Assembly: GCF_009914755.1 (NCBI RefSeq)
Contig: NC_060938.1
Length of the DNA: 64,000 bases
Strand: one strand, 5' to 3'
Origin: the human T2T-CHM13v2.0 reference genome, Homo sapiens
Shown piece after piece: positions 44,991-58,560 of this stretch. The translations under genes and the position numbers were made by a program. Within the stretch, counting starts at the first letter, position 1. Every line of letters starts with the position of its first letter. Under the pieces are notes generated by a model. The model was not told where the DNA came from, made no database searches, and worked only from the letters and a program-made list of their open reading frames with translations.

Positions 44991-45646
44991 ATTTGTAATA
45001 GCCCTCAAATTTCCTAGAGGACCAACACAAGAAATGTTTATTCGAGCAATTATATATCTTGCTTATTTATAAACATGAAATAAACACCTTCCTAATTCAA
45101 TAACAGATTAAAAAATTCAATACCCAGAAGAATATGTGTGCTTAATTTTATCTTTAAAGGTATATTCTCAGAATAAAGTAACTACATACCTAAGTACTTT
45201 TCTTGTTTTACCTTACTTTCTGAACCAAAGCTAAATTTGAATCTCAAGCACAGTAATTCATTCTGCAGTGTCCAATAGTAGCTATCCCAGCTTCTTTTCA
45301 TTGGTTTTGATTTCTCTTCGATTTAGTAAATCATGTTGTTTATATCCTATTTATTTTTAAGATGCCTCGGTAATTTTCATGAATTAGCAGCATTAAAAAC
45401 ATAAATAAATAATCTGAATTATTGAGTCTCCAAAGTTCTGAACATACTGAACTCTTCATGTGTATATGTATGTAAAATATGTACTACATGAAAACACTAA
45501 CACCATGAAAAAATAAATTTTCCAAAATTATACACTGTGTGCTTACTCTGGGTAAAGTATGCACTGTGGGATATATATAATCATCAATCTTCAAGTTCCT
45601 ACAATTTAGTTAAGAAAAATAACATTAAAATGAAAAAAGACTTTAA

Positions 45647-45943
<297 letters not shown>

Positions 45944-45946
45944 TTA

Positions 45947-46100
45947 GAGCCAGGTGTGGTTGCTCATGCCACCAGTGACTTGAGAGGCTGAGGCAGGAGG
46001 ATTGCTTGAGCACAGGAGTGTGAGGCTGCAATGAGCTATGACAGCCACTATACTCCACTGGGGCAACAGAGTGAGACCCCAACTCTAAAACTAAAAATTA
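45947..46100 (+). mobile_element. Free right Alu monomer (FRAM/AluJ right arm)
   Basis: 'gaggattgcttgagcacaggagtgtgaggctgcaatgagctatga'. Confidence 0.85.
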
Positions 46101-46122
46101 AAAAAAGAACTAAGTCTACGTG

Positions 46123-46488
46123 TGTATTACTTAGCTTTTATGCTACTAATAAAGATATATCCAAGACTGGGTTATATATAAAGGAACAGAGGTTTAATTG
46201 ACTCACAGTTCCACATGGCTGGGGAGGCCTCACAATCACGGTGAAAGGCAAATGAGGAGCAAATTCTCATCTTACATGGGGGCAGGCAAGAAAGAGCATG
46301 TGCAGGACAACTCCCCTTTAAAAAACCATCAGATCTTGTAAGACTTATTCACTATCACAAGAACAGCACAAGAAAGACCCAACCCCATGATTCAATTACC
46401 TTCCACAAGTCTTTCCCATGACACGTGGGAATTATGGGAGCCACAATTCAAGATGAAATTTGGGTGGGGACACAGCCGAACCATATCA
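46123..46488 (-). mobile_element. THE1B-like MaLR solo LTR
   Basis: 'tgtatta' ... 'gggacacagccgaaccatatca'. Confidence 0.92.
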
Positions 46489-46609
46489 AGATGGCTATAT
46501 AAAAAAGCTAATCAAAAAAGCAAATGGCTATATGAAAGCTAATAGAATGATATTTGGAATGTGGGAAAGCGGTATTGATTGGGTGTATTCTGGAAGGTTT
46601 CATTGTGAA

Positions 46610-47700
46610 AGGCCATTTGTTCATTTATTTTACAAGTATTCATAAGTACTTTTGACATGCCAGAGACTACACTAAGTGTCAGCAATCTAAAGATAAATGA
46701 GATACAGTCCTTGACTTAAGTAACTTAAGTCTAGACCAGATTTTCTCGTAGATCTGACATTAAAAGTTTGGTAAAATTGAAGGAGGTATAAAGGCAGGAG
46801 AAAGAGCTTGAGACATTTTATAGATACCTGATTACAAAATGATAGCTGAAGAACAGTAAGCAGACCGACCTGCAAAATGTCAAAAGTATCAAAATACAGA
46901 AAATGCGTAACTCTAGGTTGAACTCTAGGCTGAATATAGAAAACTCAATAAGTAGTTCAAATTTGTACTAGACTTTTAAAAATGAGTAGGGTTAATAGAC
47001 ACAGAGAAGAGTGTCAGGATAATTACAGAGAAAGAATTATGTATATATAGATAAAGGTATGAAGGCAAAATGCATTGATTAAGTAAATGGGATACTCTGT
47101 CTGAAGTGAAGAAATTAAAAAATATTTTAGGACTCGAAAAATAAGCTGAAGCCAAAATGAAGATAAACTTAAATATCCTGATGAAAGTTGTAGAAAAACT
47201 GGTTGGCTACACTTGTCTACTAGTTGTCTGATGTACAGAATGATATTTCAAAGAGGAGGGAGTACAAGTTAAGATGGTTTTCACAAACCCAGGCACAAAG
47301 TACTGAATGTGAGAATAAAAGAACAGGCATAGTAGCTATCAAAAGAGTTAATTGTATAAAATATAATTTGAAGATTTGAGTCTAAGTGACTAGAATGAGA
47401 GAATTAGAAAAAATAGAAATTAAAGATTTTTGTTAACAAAAGAATGTCATTTATAAGGTTTAATTTTATATCCCTACAATACCATTCTGTAAATATACAA
47501 CAGTGCTTGTTCTAAATATAGATAAAGAGATAGGAAGAATTGATTTGAGATCGACTTGGAAATCAGCTTCATGGAAGTGAGAGTTGATACTGTGAGAAAC
47601 GAAAGTATAAAGAGAGATGAGAAGTACTTGGACTAAAGTTCAAACAATACCGACTTCTGGCAGAGAGCAAAAAGAATGAACCAAGCAGAAGGGAACAGAA
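46610..47700 (-). mobile_element. L2 remnant
   Basis: Antisense L2 tail 'catttgttcatttattttacaagtatt...atgccagagact' followed by a purine-rich body. Confidence 0.6.
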
Positions 47701-48580
47701 TCCGGAATTGGCACTATGTCAAACTGCACTGATCCACCTCTCCAGGACTGGGAAAACTAGAAATGAGCCGATGAAAATCAGGAGACTGAAGTAAAATTAT
47801 GTCATTTGCTTTTCTTAAATGTCTAGTCAATCGTTGTCTGTTTTTCTTGACCTGATATTTACAGAGTTGCTCAATAAGTTCTAGTAGTTAATACAAAGTC
47901 TTTTTGTTTGGTTTTTTTTTTTTTTTTTTGGTCTATGGACATGAAATATGGATAAATGTAAGCCAAAGACTTTACAAGGAAAGGAGTTGTTTGTTCATCC
48001 CAACTTACAATAAAACTAAACAAAAAGTTATTGACTGTCTTCCATTAATTAAAGCAGTTTCATCTCCTATGAGCACCCACTAAATACCCTGAATTTATTC
48101 TAAAAACTTCAAACACTCAGCTCACCAGCTTTAGCCTGATACTGTCCACCACCTGAACACATTGAATTTTTACCTATTCCTGAAGGACACGTCCAACTCC
48201 CCTGGTTTTCCTGCCTACCTTTGTTTCTTTCTCCTTTCTCTTTCCTCATCTCTTCCTCCTTCCAATCCCTAGTATCTTCTCTGATAAAATTAATTGCTAG
48301 TAACATTTACTGTCACTTTCAAACTGACCCTTTGGGCACCTTTATCTGAGTAGAACCAGTTTAGTAAGTGTAAATACAATCATTCAATGAACATATATTC
48401 CGAACCTACATGTTACAGGGCACTGTACTAAGCTACAGAAAAACAAAGTTACAATGAAGTGTTCGGTCTACTGCAGGATATCCCATTTTTCCTGAATTCA
48501 GTTTAAATATTCAGATAACTATGGCCATACAAAAAGTATTTCCCCCTGGTAGAGGCTGGGAGTGTAAGAACCAGCCTATA

Positions 48581-48654
48581 CTCTGTAGCTAAAATTTGAA
48601 GATACAACTTCAAATTTTAAGTTCAAGTTATAGCTCCAAATTTTAGCTACAGAG
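48581..48654. repeat. Inverted repeat: 30-bp arms (27/30 match, outer 18 bp perfect) with a 14-nt spacer
   Basis: ctctgtagctaaaatttg (48581-48598) is the exact reverse complement of caaattttagctacagag (48637-48654). Confidence 0.93.
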
Positions 48655-51600
48655 GAGCCATTTGGAGTCATCTGTCACACCTTAAAAACTCTAAACTCAA
48701 TAGCTTATAAGATCCTCAAGCGACTGATAAAGAAGGCTGGACAAATCAGGACCCCACTGAAAGGACTACAGTTTGATATAGTTCATGTTTAATGCAAAAA
48801 TGCATGGCTAAATTTTGTTGCCTAGAATTTTATAGACATGGATAGAAACATTTTATTATTAAGCCACTCATTTCAAGCCATATTGCCAATGGCTTGCAGT
48901 CTCTAAAGGAAAACTACATATTTCAAATCAGTTTAATCTAAAATACTCTCCGGCCTTGCTAATTGTTTTTTAGTTTCTTATTTTCTGTTCAAATAAAACA
49001 GGATAATAAAGTACTGGTATCTTAAATTCTTATAAAAGTCATAATAGTATATCTTCTTTTTTTTGTCAGTGGATCATTTCAATACTGGCAAGTAGGTCAT
49101 ATAAATGTCATATATCTGGCCAATATCTAAAGTTATTTTTAATATTTCCAATTGCTAAAGAAAATTATATCTGAAGAATTGTTATTGATAGAAATTTTGC
49201 CCTCTACCAATACTAAATTGTGTCATCTATATAAAACTACTGCTTTTCTTTAAAATAAAAATTTTAATAACTTCCAGTTCTTATTTGTTGTTCTTTTACA
49301 TAAGCTACGAGTAATTATTTTGCCTGAATATTTTAATCTTGTTTTTACTCCTAAAATTTACCCAGTTAATAATGCATGTATAGTGATTTTAATTGGTATG
49401 GTTTGTAATTATGCATATTCAGATTAAACAAGACAAATGGCAGGACTCGTAATGGCATCATATTAAAAATATAATACGTTTAAAATATATTTAAAAGTAT
49501 AATTATAAAAAAGAATGAGAGCTATTTTAAAATGTTTTCTAGATATAAATAATCACATTTACTAAAGGGTATTACAGAAATCCCATAAGCAAAAGATATT
49601 ACAAAGGATTATTTAGAGAAACAATTGGAACTCAGACTTCTTGATAACTACTTGCTACTGCTGACCAAATACAAACTGAGTGTAATCTACCATGATTAAT
49701 TGCTTGTGTTTTTTTCAAAACTGTGTAATTGAGAAACAGTGTAATCAATGATATAAATGTAACTCCAATGTATCTTTTATACACAACTTTAATGGCTTTT
49801 ATTCTGTCTAACTTTTCCTATACATAAGAGCAAACTGTATTTGCAAAAGATCAGTTTCTTTTATTGCCCTGATCCCAGATAAATTGTAATTTTTTATCAC
49901 ATAAAGCATAGAAATATATATGAAGATGGAAAATTAAAACATGTCTTATTTGATAGTCTGACTGAATTGAGGTGGCAAATGGGCTCTTGAATATAACACA
50001 CTAAACAAATATAAGAAGTTGTTATTATATCTTAATAAAAGCCCAAAATAAATAAATAACCTGATTTCCTGTACTTTGTGCAGTGTCTGAACTACTACAG
50101 AAAAGAACTGGTCAGGGAGTTGACTTCTGCCTGGCTGATTGATGCACCCCAATCTACATCATCCTTCAGAATGAGCTTAGTAGCCCACCTGGAGTACTAC
50201 TCAGGAGCCATTGACATCCGGTTCAATGACCCTTCATCACCTCGAGTCCTCTCTTAAAATTTCCATTAAAAGAGGTCAAATGCTGCCTGGCAGCCTGTTA
50301 GTAGTTCCCGCCTTAAAGGCACCCAATTTTCATTTATGGTTTGTTAGTTATTTATGATGTATTCTTCATCAGGGCTTTTACTATAGCTTCCAATTCTTTT
50401 AGTGTCTTTTCTTCACCTGCTCAAAGAACTTCTGATTGAAAAAATTAACTTGATACCAAGGAAAATTGAATTTACTTCTACCTTTATCCTTTAAGATTTC
50501 TTTTATTTCTGGGTGATAGGTGATAAAACAGGATTTCCAACAACTACAAAGCTCCCCTTTCTGTGGCTGATAAATTTAATATTATCCCAGAATACTTGTT
50601 TAAATTTAAAAAGCTAACAGAAATCTATGCTATCAGAAAAGATCCCTCAAGTAAACACCTTTTTTTCAAAATAAACCTGCGTGTTTTTATCTTTTGTATT
50701 CTGATTACCATAAAAACAGACAATCACACATACAGAATTATTTCAAAATATTAATGCTTTCTTATTCCAGGGCAAGCAGAGAAAGCTATAAGAACATCAC
50801 ATAGAGACTGGTATATAGATTATTATTGCAAACAATTTTTATACTGATCTAAGATTCATTACTGAAGCACCTAGCATAAAAATGTTTACAAAATAAAAGA
50901 GCTCCCTCTCTGCATAAAAAAGATCTCCGTATTTATGCCAGCAAAGATAAAATTTATGATGGCTCTCAATTGTAAGGCTCTGAAGCCAGCACTCAGAGTC
51001 AATTGCACTTTTCAACCAATGATCTCCAAGTGCTTTACCAATAAGGGTTATTGAAAGTGTTTCACACAAGAGCAAATACAGATGACCTATCAAAATCATG
51101 GAGCAAATTTCAAACCAGCTCATGAACTAAACACTATATAATGTATGTGTATTTATTTGTTTTAATGTTCACATCATGGTGTCTACTCCCTCGTTTTTGA
51201 AAAGTTTAGGACTACTTGTGTTAATTAACAAGCACCACAAAATTATAGCATATGGTTATGTATTCGTTTTAAAGGACACAAGTATTATATATGAGGCTCA
51301 TTATTTCAGATTAGCATGTCATTAAGATATGTATGAGTTTGTTTCAATATACAGGGAGTGAAAATCAGTTGTGAAATATAGTGAATTCTCAAATATCTGT
51401 TTGAATGGAGAAAAGAAAGTACACGAGTTGCCTAAACTGGCTGTTTTAACTATTTATGTTTCCCTTAAATACTTTTAACTACATTTTTGTGTTTGGATGT
51501 GAAAATATTTTCATCCCAGAAAAACATAATTCATCAAACTGAACTGTAAAAACACATTATAAATATATGATGCGAGAACAGCAAAACACTGGTTAAGCTT

Positions 51601-53355
51601 CTCTGTGCACTCTTCTTTCCGAGTTCCATCCCCAACCCTCTTCTGGCCAGAAGGGAATAATCTCTCAGACAAAGGAAGCACACTCATGCTCTTTCTTTCT
51701 AAGCTTGGATCTTTCCTAGCTTATCCTGTCCCCGCAGAGAAAATGATTTTTACATATTTTTGGTAGTAAGTTAATCTTTAATTGAAATATTTTAGGCTAA
51801 TAACTATGATTGAGCTAAATGCCACTGTTCCAATTCCACCACAGTTCATGTAATACTGCACTATTGCAGGTAGAGTCATATTCATTTCTGCATCTTTGTG
51901 GGAAGGAACTGTGATCTCTTTCCCGCCGTTATGCTCAGCGTCATGTACTGTGCCTAGTGTAAGGTGGCACTCGGTGAGAGTTTGAAAATACATAAAAGAA
52001 CAAATAGAATAAGGTATAATCAAAATTGACATTGGCTCATCATGTCTGCTTTGACTTTGTTTTCCACAATAACACTTCCAAAGATGGCAAAGAATAGAAA
52101 AGCTATTTCTGCTGCTTAATCCACATATATTAGAAGAAGCAGCTTAATGTACCACTAATATGTATGCTATTTCTATAACAAAATGCCAAGCAAAAACAAA
52201 TAGTAAAGCTGCAACCAGTGTAGATGTTTTATATAGTGCAAAGCTTGATAAAAAGAAAACTTCACATTTATTTATACAAAAACCTGGTGTGTGCGTGTAT
52301 ATATGTGTATATATTTACACATATATAGTTATGATCCCATTTCATTATAGTACATGTATGTCTTGCTTTTTCTTGTTCTTTTTCTCCTGCAGTTGAGAGA
52401 ACTCTTCCCTCTATCCTTCTACAGGAATACCAGCAAGCAGACAACCCCAGAATCACATTTCATAACACAACTCCAGGAACCCAGTGGCCACAGAAAAGCC
52501 TTCTTTCATTGTGACTAGTTTTAGGACCTCTGGGATATTAATTCATCATTGTGCCCTCTCATCACTTCATCCATTATGCCTGTCTATAGCTCACGGAGAG
52601 CAAAGAATGACGCAGACGCCTACTGAAGCAATAGCGTGAGATTACCAACACAATGACTTTCAGTGTGGGTAGGGAATTGACGATACCGGCAGAAATGACT
52701 ACAATCTGCTTTAGAAATATCCGTGTTGGTCTGGCCTTTTAAGTCTGCTACATAAGTGAGATTAGTAATATTAATCTATTCTTCAGCGAGGAAAGTTATT
52801 GTATGTGGAAAATTAAATAGGACCATCCATTTTAGAATTGAAATGCTAAGCTAAAACCTTCTTCTGCAGCCTCATCCTTTTTCTAGAGAGTGGTACATGT
52901 GTCAATGTTACAGGAAAGCATCCTTGCTCTCTTCCTTTGTTTGGATCCGGTTTTACAAACAACCGTAGTATCCATTTCCTCGGCTTACAAAACCTGTGAA
53001 CAAGCACAGCCGAGAACCAGCCATTTTATTCTTCCTTCAAAATGCATGAAAATGTCAACTGCCTTTTCCATGCTTCCCCATAAAACATCAATGAACTGAT
53101 AAAAAGCAAATGAGTGTGCCTAGTTAACCAATAAATGTAGGATTTTTTTTTCATGTTCCTGTGAGTTAACTTGCAAAATTCCGAGATTAGCAACTAGTCT
53201 TTGAATGAACTAGAAACATAATTTTGTCTCTCACAAATGTAGACGCTTTGTGCTAACAAAGATTTTTCTCTGAACACTGTTTTTCACTCCTTGAAATGAA
53301 TGGTAATAAGTAGGGGCTGAAAAACATGGAACTCACTTCTTTTTGAGACGGAAGC

Positions 53356-53375
53356 TGAGCGCCATCTCGTGGTGA
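53356..53375 (-). promoter_or_regulatory. Candidate CTCF binding site
   Basis: Minus strand reads tcaCCACGAGATGGCGCtc, matching core CCASYAGRKGGCRS at all but one position; two CpGs retained. Confidence 0.7.
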
Positions 53376-54739
53376 CAGGCCTCTATGACTCTCCTAGCAT
53401 TGTAACTCAGAGGAGGAAAAAAAGGGCTGTAATGTTTTCCTGTGTTGTTCTTTTTAGCAGCAAAGACCAGTCTTGACTTTTGTAAGGAAAACTTTTGAAC
53501 ACTCACATCATATCTGAGGGAAGCAATACACTAATGCAATAATCCCAAGGTAAAGCAGATTTCTAGGTCACTGAATTTATTGTAATCTTTTTTAGACATT
53601 TACAAGTTATATTTGCTTAACTATAGTTCTATGCATTTCCTTAGAAGAGTAGGTCATTGGGGTACAGGAGGATGAAAAAAAAGACGTTTAATTAGCCTCC
53701 TTGCTCTGCATGTGGATATTAATAGCTCTTATATTTGAAACCCAGTTTTCACAAATTCTTTTATCTATTTAACTTTTGAAATAAATTACTAAAATATTAT
53801 CACTCTATTGAGAAAAAAATTGGAATACAGTCTTACTACTTACTGATACTTACTAGTACATTTGTCTTTATTTAGCATTTTATTCTATTACCCATTTAGT
53901 CAACTTGGACTGAGTCTAGCTATAGATTTGTGCACCAAATTAGCACTTTCAATATTTTTCCTACAGTAAAATTCTACTCTTCATCTCTAGCAAAGCAGCT
54001 GTACAACTGTCTTGCTTATCCCACATTACTCACATGGGAGTATGGTTACAAAGACAAACTGTATAAATTGAAATCTCTTTGTTGCTCCATTCCTTACGTT
54101 AGCAAAAAATAAAAACATTCTAGTCATGTCAACATATTAAGGATCAGAAACTAAGCAGATGGGTATCTTTTAAATAAGCATGAAAAGGAAAAGTTATGAT
54201 TTGTTTTTCAGTTGCTTTACCAAATGAGACTTCTATAGATTAAAAAAAAAACGTAAAGCTTTAGATCTCAACAAGAAAATCCATTCTTACAGTGGATTTA
54301 CCTTGCTATCATTCTAGAGTCCAAGCCCGTCATAATAAGCGCAACCATAAATCCTTGGTCAGTGACTCTGAACCTATTGGCTTCACAAGGAATCATTTCC
54401 CAACCATAAATATAAGCTGATTGAAAACCAAGGTCATGTCTTCATGATGATTTACAGAGCTATTTAGGGAAACTGTCTAGGACTTAATCCAAATGAACAG
54501 GAACAATTTCCACAAATGTAAAAGTATGTTATATGGAAATATTCAAATAAATAGATAGACACATAATAGAATTTTTAAACTATGTTCTCTTCATTTTGTG
54601 GACTAAAGGCAGTGGAAAAAAAGATAAATAACTGATTGTAAATACCACCAGAGAAAGGCTGGAGAAATGAAAAAAATAGCAATGTTTAAGGAGAAAGCTG
54701 GAGTATATTTCTGGGCATACATTATCATACTGTGAGAGC

Positions 54740-55065
54740 TCACTCATCCCTGTCCTCTTCAGCCCTGAAATTCCTTGTGATATTATCCCTATCACTATTC
54801 CTTCATGGAAATCTCAACTGACCTCTCTGACTAGGTCAAATTGCCCTATTATGTACTTCATAGCACATGTATCTCAATTTCATAGCTTTTATCACAAAGG
54901 CAGTTTTATGTGATTATTTGATTAATTTGTGTCTCTTATATTGAACAGTACACTTCATAAGGATATCATTATATTGTGAGTGACACAGATATGCATGGTG
55001 TTTAGAACAGAGATTGGCCTCGATGAATAAATGTTCACTACATAAATGAATAAAAGAATGAAAGA
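54740..55065 (+). mobile_element. L2 3' end
   Basis: 'gactaggtcaaattgccct...ttatgtgattatttgattaat...ataaatgaata'. Confidence 0.65.
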
Positions 55066-55727
55066 AAGTAAAGAATTTGACAGTGATTCAAGTTTATATC
55101 TTATTTTGGATTTGTATCTGTATGTATTATATGTGAAGCCCTTGTTCAATCTACAAATAAAAAAACTAGCAATAACAAATGGAGTTGAGCAAAATTCTCA
55201 AGAATGTAAGATACCCATTTGAAATTAATTGGGTTCTTGAGGAAGCCTTGCAAACAACGTTAGGTCATTAAGTCAGTAGCATTCCAATATTCTCATAGAC
55301 TGCATCTTGTCCCTTTCAATCCTTTCCCTTATTGCAATATGTCAGATGTCTGACCAACTTTTTTGTTGTTTGCTTGCTAACATTAACAAAGATAATAAAG
55401 TTTCTATTTTATATAAAATGCACTGCTAAGCTAAACTCAATACTCTAAACAGATGAGTGACATTGACATTTGCAGAAAATATTGCTTTCATAGTCCCGAG
55501 GCAGAGGGTGAAATATTTTAAAGCAGCTAAGGGTTAGCAGCATTGTTTCAAAGCTGAAACAGAATAGAATTAAACAGAGGGAAAAAAAGGGCTTGTTGAG
55601 TAGCAACTATTGCATGAAATGTCTTCCCAGATATATTCTTGTATGTGGGTGCTCATGCACTGGTGACGATGTAAAATATATTATTCCCTTAGGATAATCA
55701 AAATATGTGAAAGCCATTGTGCTTGAG

Positions 55728-55941
55728 CAGAGGCTAGCAAAAATTTTTCCCTAAAAAGCAGATATTAGAAAATTTAGGTTACATGGCCATATACTCTCTG
55801 TTGCAACAACCCAACTTTGCTTTTCTAGCATGAAAGCATCCATGGGCAGTACACTAACAAACACATGCATCTATGTTACAATAACTTTTTTTTTTTTTTT
55901 ACAAAAACAGGCATCCAGTAGGCTTGGCCCACATGCCACAG
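55728..55941. mobile_element. MER58A-like hAT-Charlie MITE
   Basis: 'ctctgttgcaacaacccaactttgc...agcatgaaagcatccat...tttacaaaaacaggc'. Confidence 0.8.
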
Positions 55942-57318
55942 GATCAAAAGAAGTGAGGCTCTTCTCATTTAGAATTTCTACAAATAAGAAAACTATGTAT
56001 TAATTTGGCATCAAAAAACTCCAATGTCAGTGATAACGTGATTCTCATTTGAACAAAGGGACAGGATATGACATTTTTACAGTGTCCTAACATGCTCTCT
56101 GATGGCCACCTTCCATTTTACCTTTATTGACACAATGTTTCACACTGGCTTCCAAAAGATTTATAAAATAATTTCTACTTTTACCTATTGAGAGCCATTT
56201 GGATGAATAATTTCCAATTAATTCTCTTAATCTACTTCATATGCTTTTTTGAAAGTCTAATACGTTTACCTTCTTTCTCTTTCAACTGATTCTCTTCAGC
56301 ATTTCACAGCCAGTGATATTGCCTTGACTGGGCCCTCAGTACTTTTATGTGTCAGATTCATCATCTTATTTACCAGACATCATTCATTCTCTGGTAGAGT
56401 ATATGACTCAGGGACTGCTCAATCCACTGTGGAAAAAAAATATGATAATAAATTCACAAACATGAAATCTTGACTTTTCCACGTCTCTCTTTTCCAGTTG
56501 AGACCTTGATAGTTGAGAGCCCTGTATCTGCATAAATTCAATAGGCTCCAGAGAGTTAAGCCATTAACCTGGTATGATTCTCTAGCAAATTACAGTCACA
56601 CATCAAAGATAATCTGTGACACTATTTCATGGATCTTTGAAAAGTCACTTGATTTTGTGTCAATGTCTTTTCTGGGGCTTTAGTAATGAGGTCTTATAAA
56701 GGACCCTAGAAAGACCACAAAAAGAGACAAGAAATAACTCCTCCTGGAAACCCTTTAGAAAATGGCTGTTTTGGAAAAGGAATCAAGAAACTAAGTTTAT
56801 CTTATGAAAATTAGATGGTCTGTGAAAACACGGCTTCGTAGACTTAGAAGGGTTGATAAAGGATCTAAGCATAATCTGTTCCTCATATTTAAAAGACCAA
56901 AACTTAAGAACCAATTTAAGAGTAAGCAAGGAAAAGTCTGTGTGTCTCAAGATGCACCTCCAGAAATCTTGTCCAAAGAAGATTTAATCAGAAAGTCGTT
57001 TCAGACAAAACCTAATTTCTATCAAATTAATTTATACACATTTCTACTAATTTTCTACTTTTAAAAGACTTCATTTCTAGTAGCTAATTTCTGCTATTTA
57101 AATTCTACTGAGAACTGGAATATGTCTAACAACAAACTTAAGATCATTTTGATATTTAAATAAAGAATCCCAGCTTTCCCAACACATAAAAGAAGTCCTT
57201 TGTAACTATGATCTAACACTTCTTCAAAACACTTAGCCCAAAGCTCACTAGCTAGGAAGAAACTAAACCTCAGGGTTATGATTGGTTTTGTGATTATAGA
57301 CCTGGTTTCTAGAACGGT

Positions 57319-57745
57319 TGTATGTTAGTCAGCTATTTCTATGATGATGCTGTGTAACAACCTTAAAATCTCAGTAGTTTACAAAAAGCAAGTGCACATA
57401 TCTTACTCATGTATCTGCAGATGTTCTCAGCATCTCTGCTTCTAGAGGTCCAGTTCAGGTCAGCTCCAAGCGTCTCTCATTCCAGGAGCCTGGTCAAAAG
57501 AACATGATGACCTGGGACATGCTCTTATGGTGCAGGACAGGAGCACAGAACAACGAGAAGAAACACTCATTGCATCTGAAAGTCTGCACTCCTCACTGTC
57601 ACACTGAACTTCTCCTTATATTTCACTGGACAATGTAAGCCACATGGTCAAGATTCAGGTCAGTGGATTGAGGAAGTATGCTCCACCTATAAGGAAGTCT
57701 CAGCAAGGGTGTGGAATAGTTACAGACAACAAACACCATTTACCG
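57319..57745 (-). mobile_element. Old MaLR LTR (MLT1H/I/J-like)
   Basis: 'gttagtcagctatt...gctgtgtaacaac...aaaatctcagtagttta'. Confidence 0.7.
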
Positions 57746-57859
57746 CTCACTGCATCAAAAACCTATTAAAAAAGACTTTGTATAAGCTCTTAAAGTCAAT
57801 ATCCGATGTTTACAAAAGAACTTTTGTGGCAAGAAAATATAAAAGCAAGTGAAAGGAAG

Positions 57860-58380
57860 GCACCCACATGATGAATTGCCGTGAAAGCCAGGCAAAGACT
57901 TTTGTATTTGATAATGACAACTCTAAGGAGCACAGAGAGCAGAGAGTTATTGCAGCATGTAATTCCTTCAGCCTGAGCTAGTGTGTAGAGAAGAGAGAAG
58001 AAATGTAATTTTCATTTCACTGGGAAACTTTATGACAGATTTGTTTTTCAAAAAAGAGGAAAGAAACAAAAATGTTTTCAAGATGCATTAGAGTGCTGAC
58101 GAATTAGGAGAGCCATTGGGGCACACAAAAAGATGGCAAGTTCAATTTGGGACACATAAAATTTGAGGCAATGTCAGCTCATAGGAATCAGAAATCTAGA
58201 TGTGATCATTAAAGCTGTAGGCATAAAGGGTGTCATCAAAGAGTATGGAAAAACGAGGGAAGAGTACAGAGCCATAGACGGAGGTCTGAGTGACGTCCAG
58301 TCTTAAAAATGGGCACAAAGGAAGATGATAAACATGAGAAAGGGAAGAAATCATTCAAGTAAGTGTGTCCTAGAAGAAGG
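57860..58380 (-). mobile_element. L2 remnant
   Basis: 'agttcaatttgggacacataaaatttgagg'. Confidence 0.5.
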
Positions 58381-58419
58381 TATTTATGAGGCAGCCTAGG
58401 AAATGGGATCAAGCCAACT

Positions 58420-58560
58420 GTGGCATCAGAGAGACCTGAGCGATGAATCCTAACACTGCCTACCCAGGAAACACTGGAGAAGTAACCTCACTGAGCTTCA
58501 GTTTCCACATGAAACTGGCCTGATAGCATCTGCCGAACAGTGAGGTTTAGAGATATATCA
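58420..58560 (+). mobile_element. MIR SINE
   Basis: 'ctgagcttcagtttccacat'. Confidence 0.6.
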
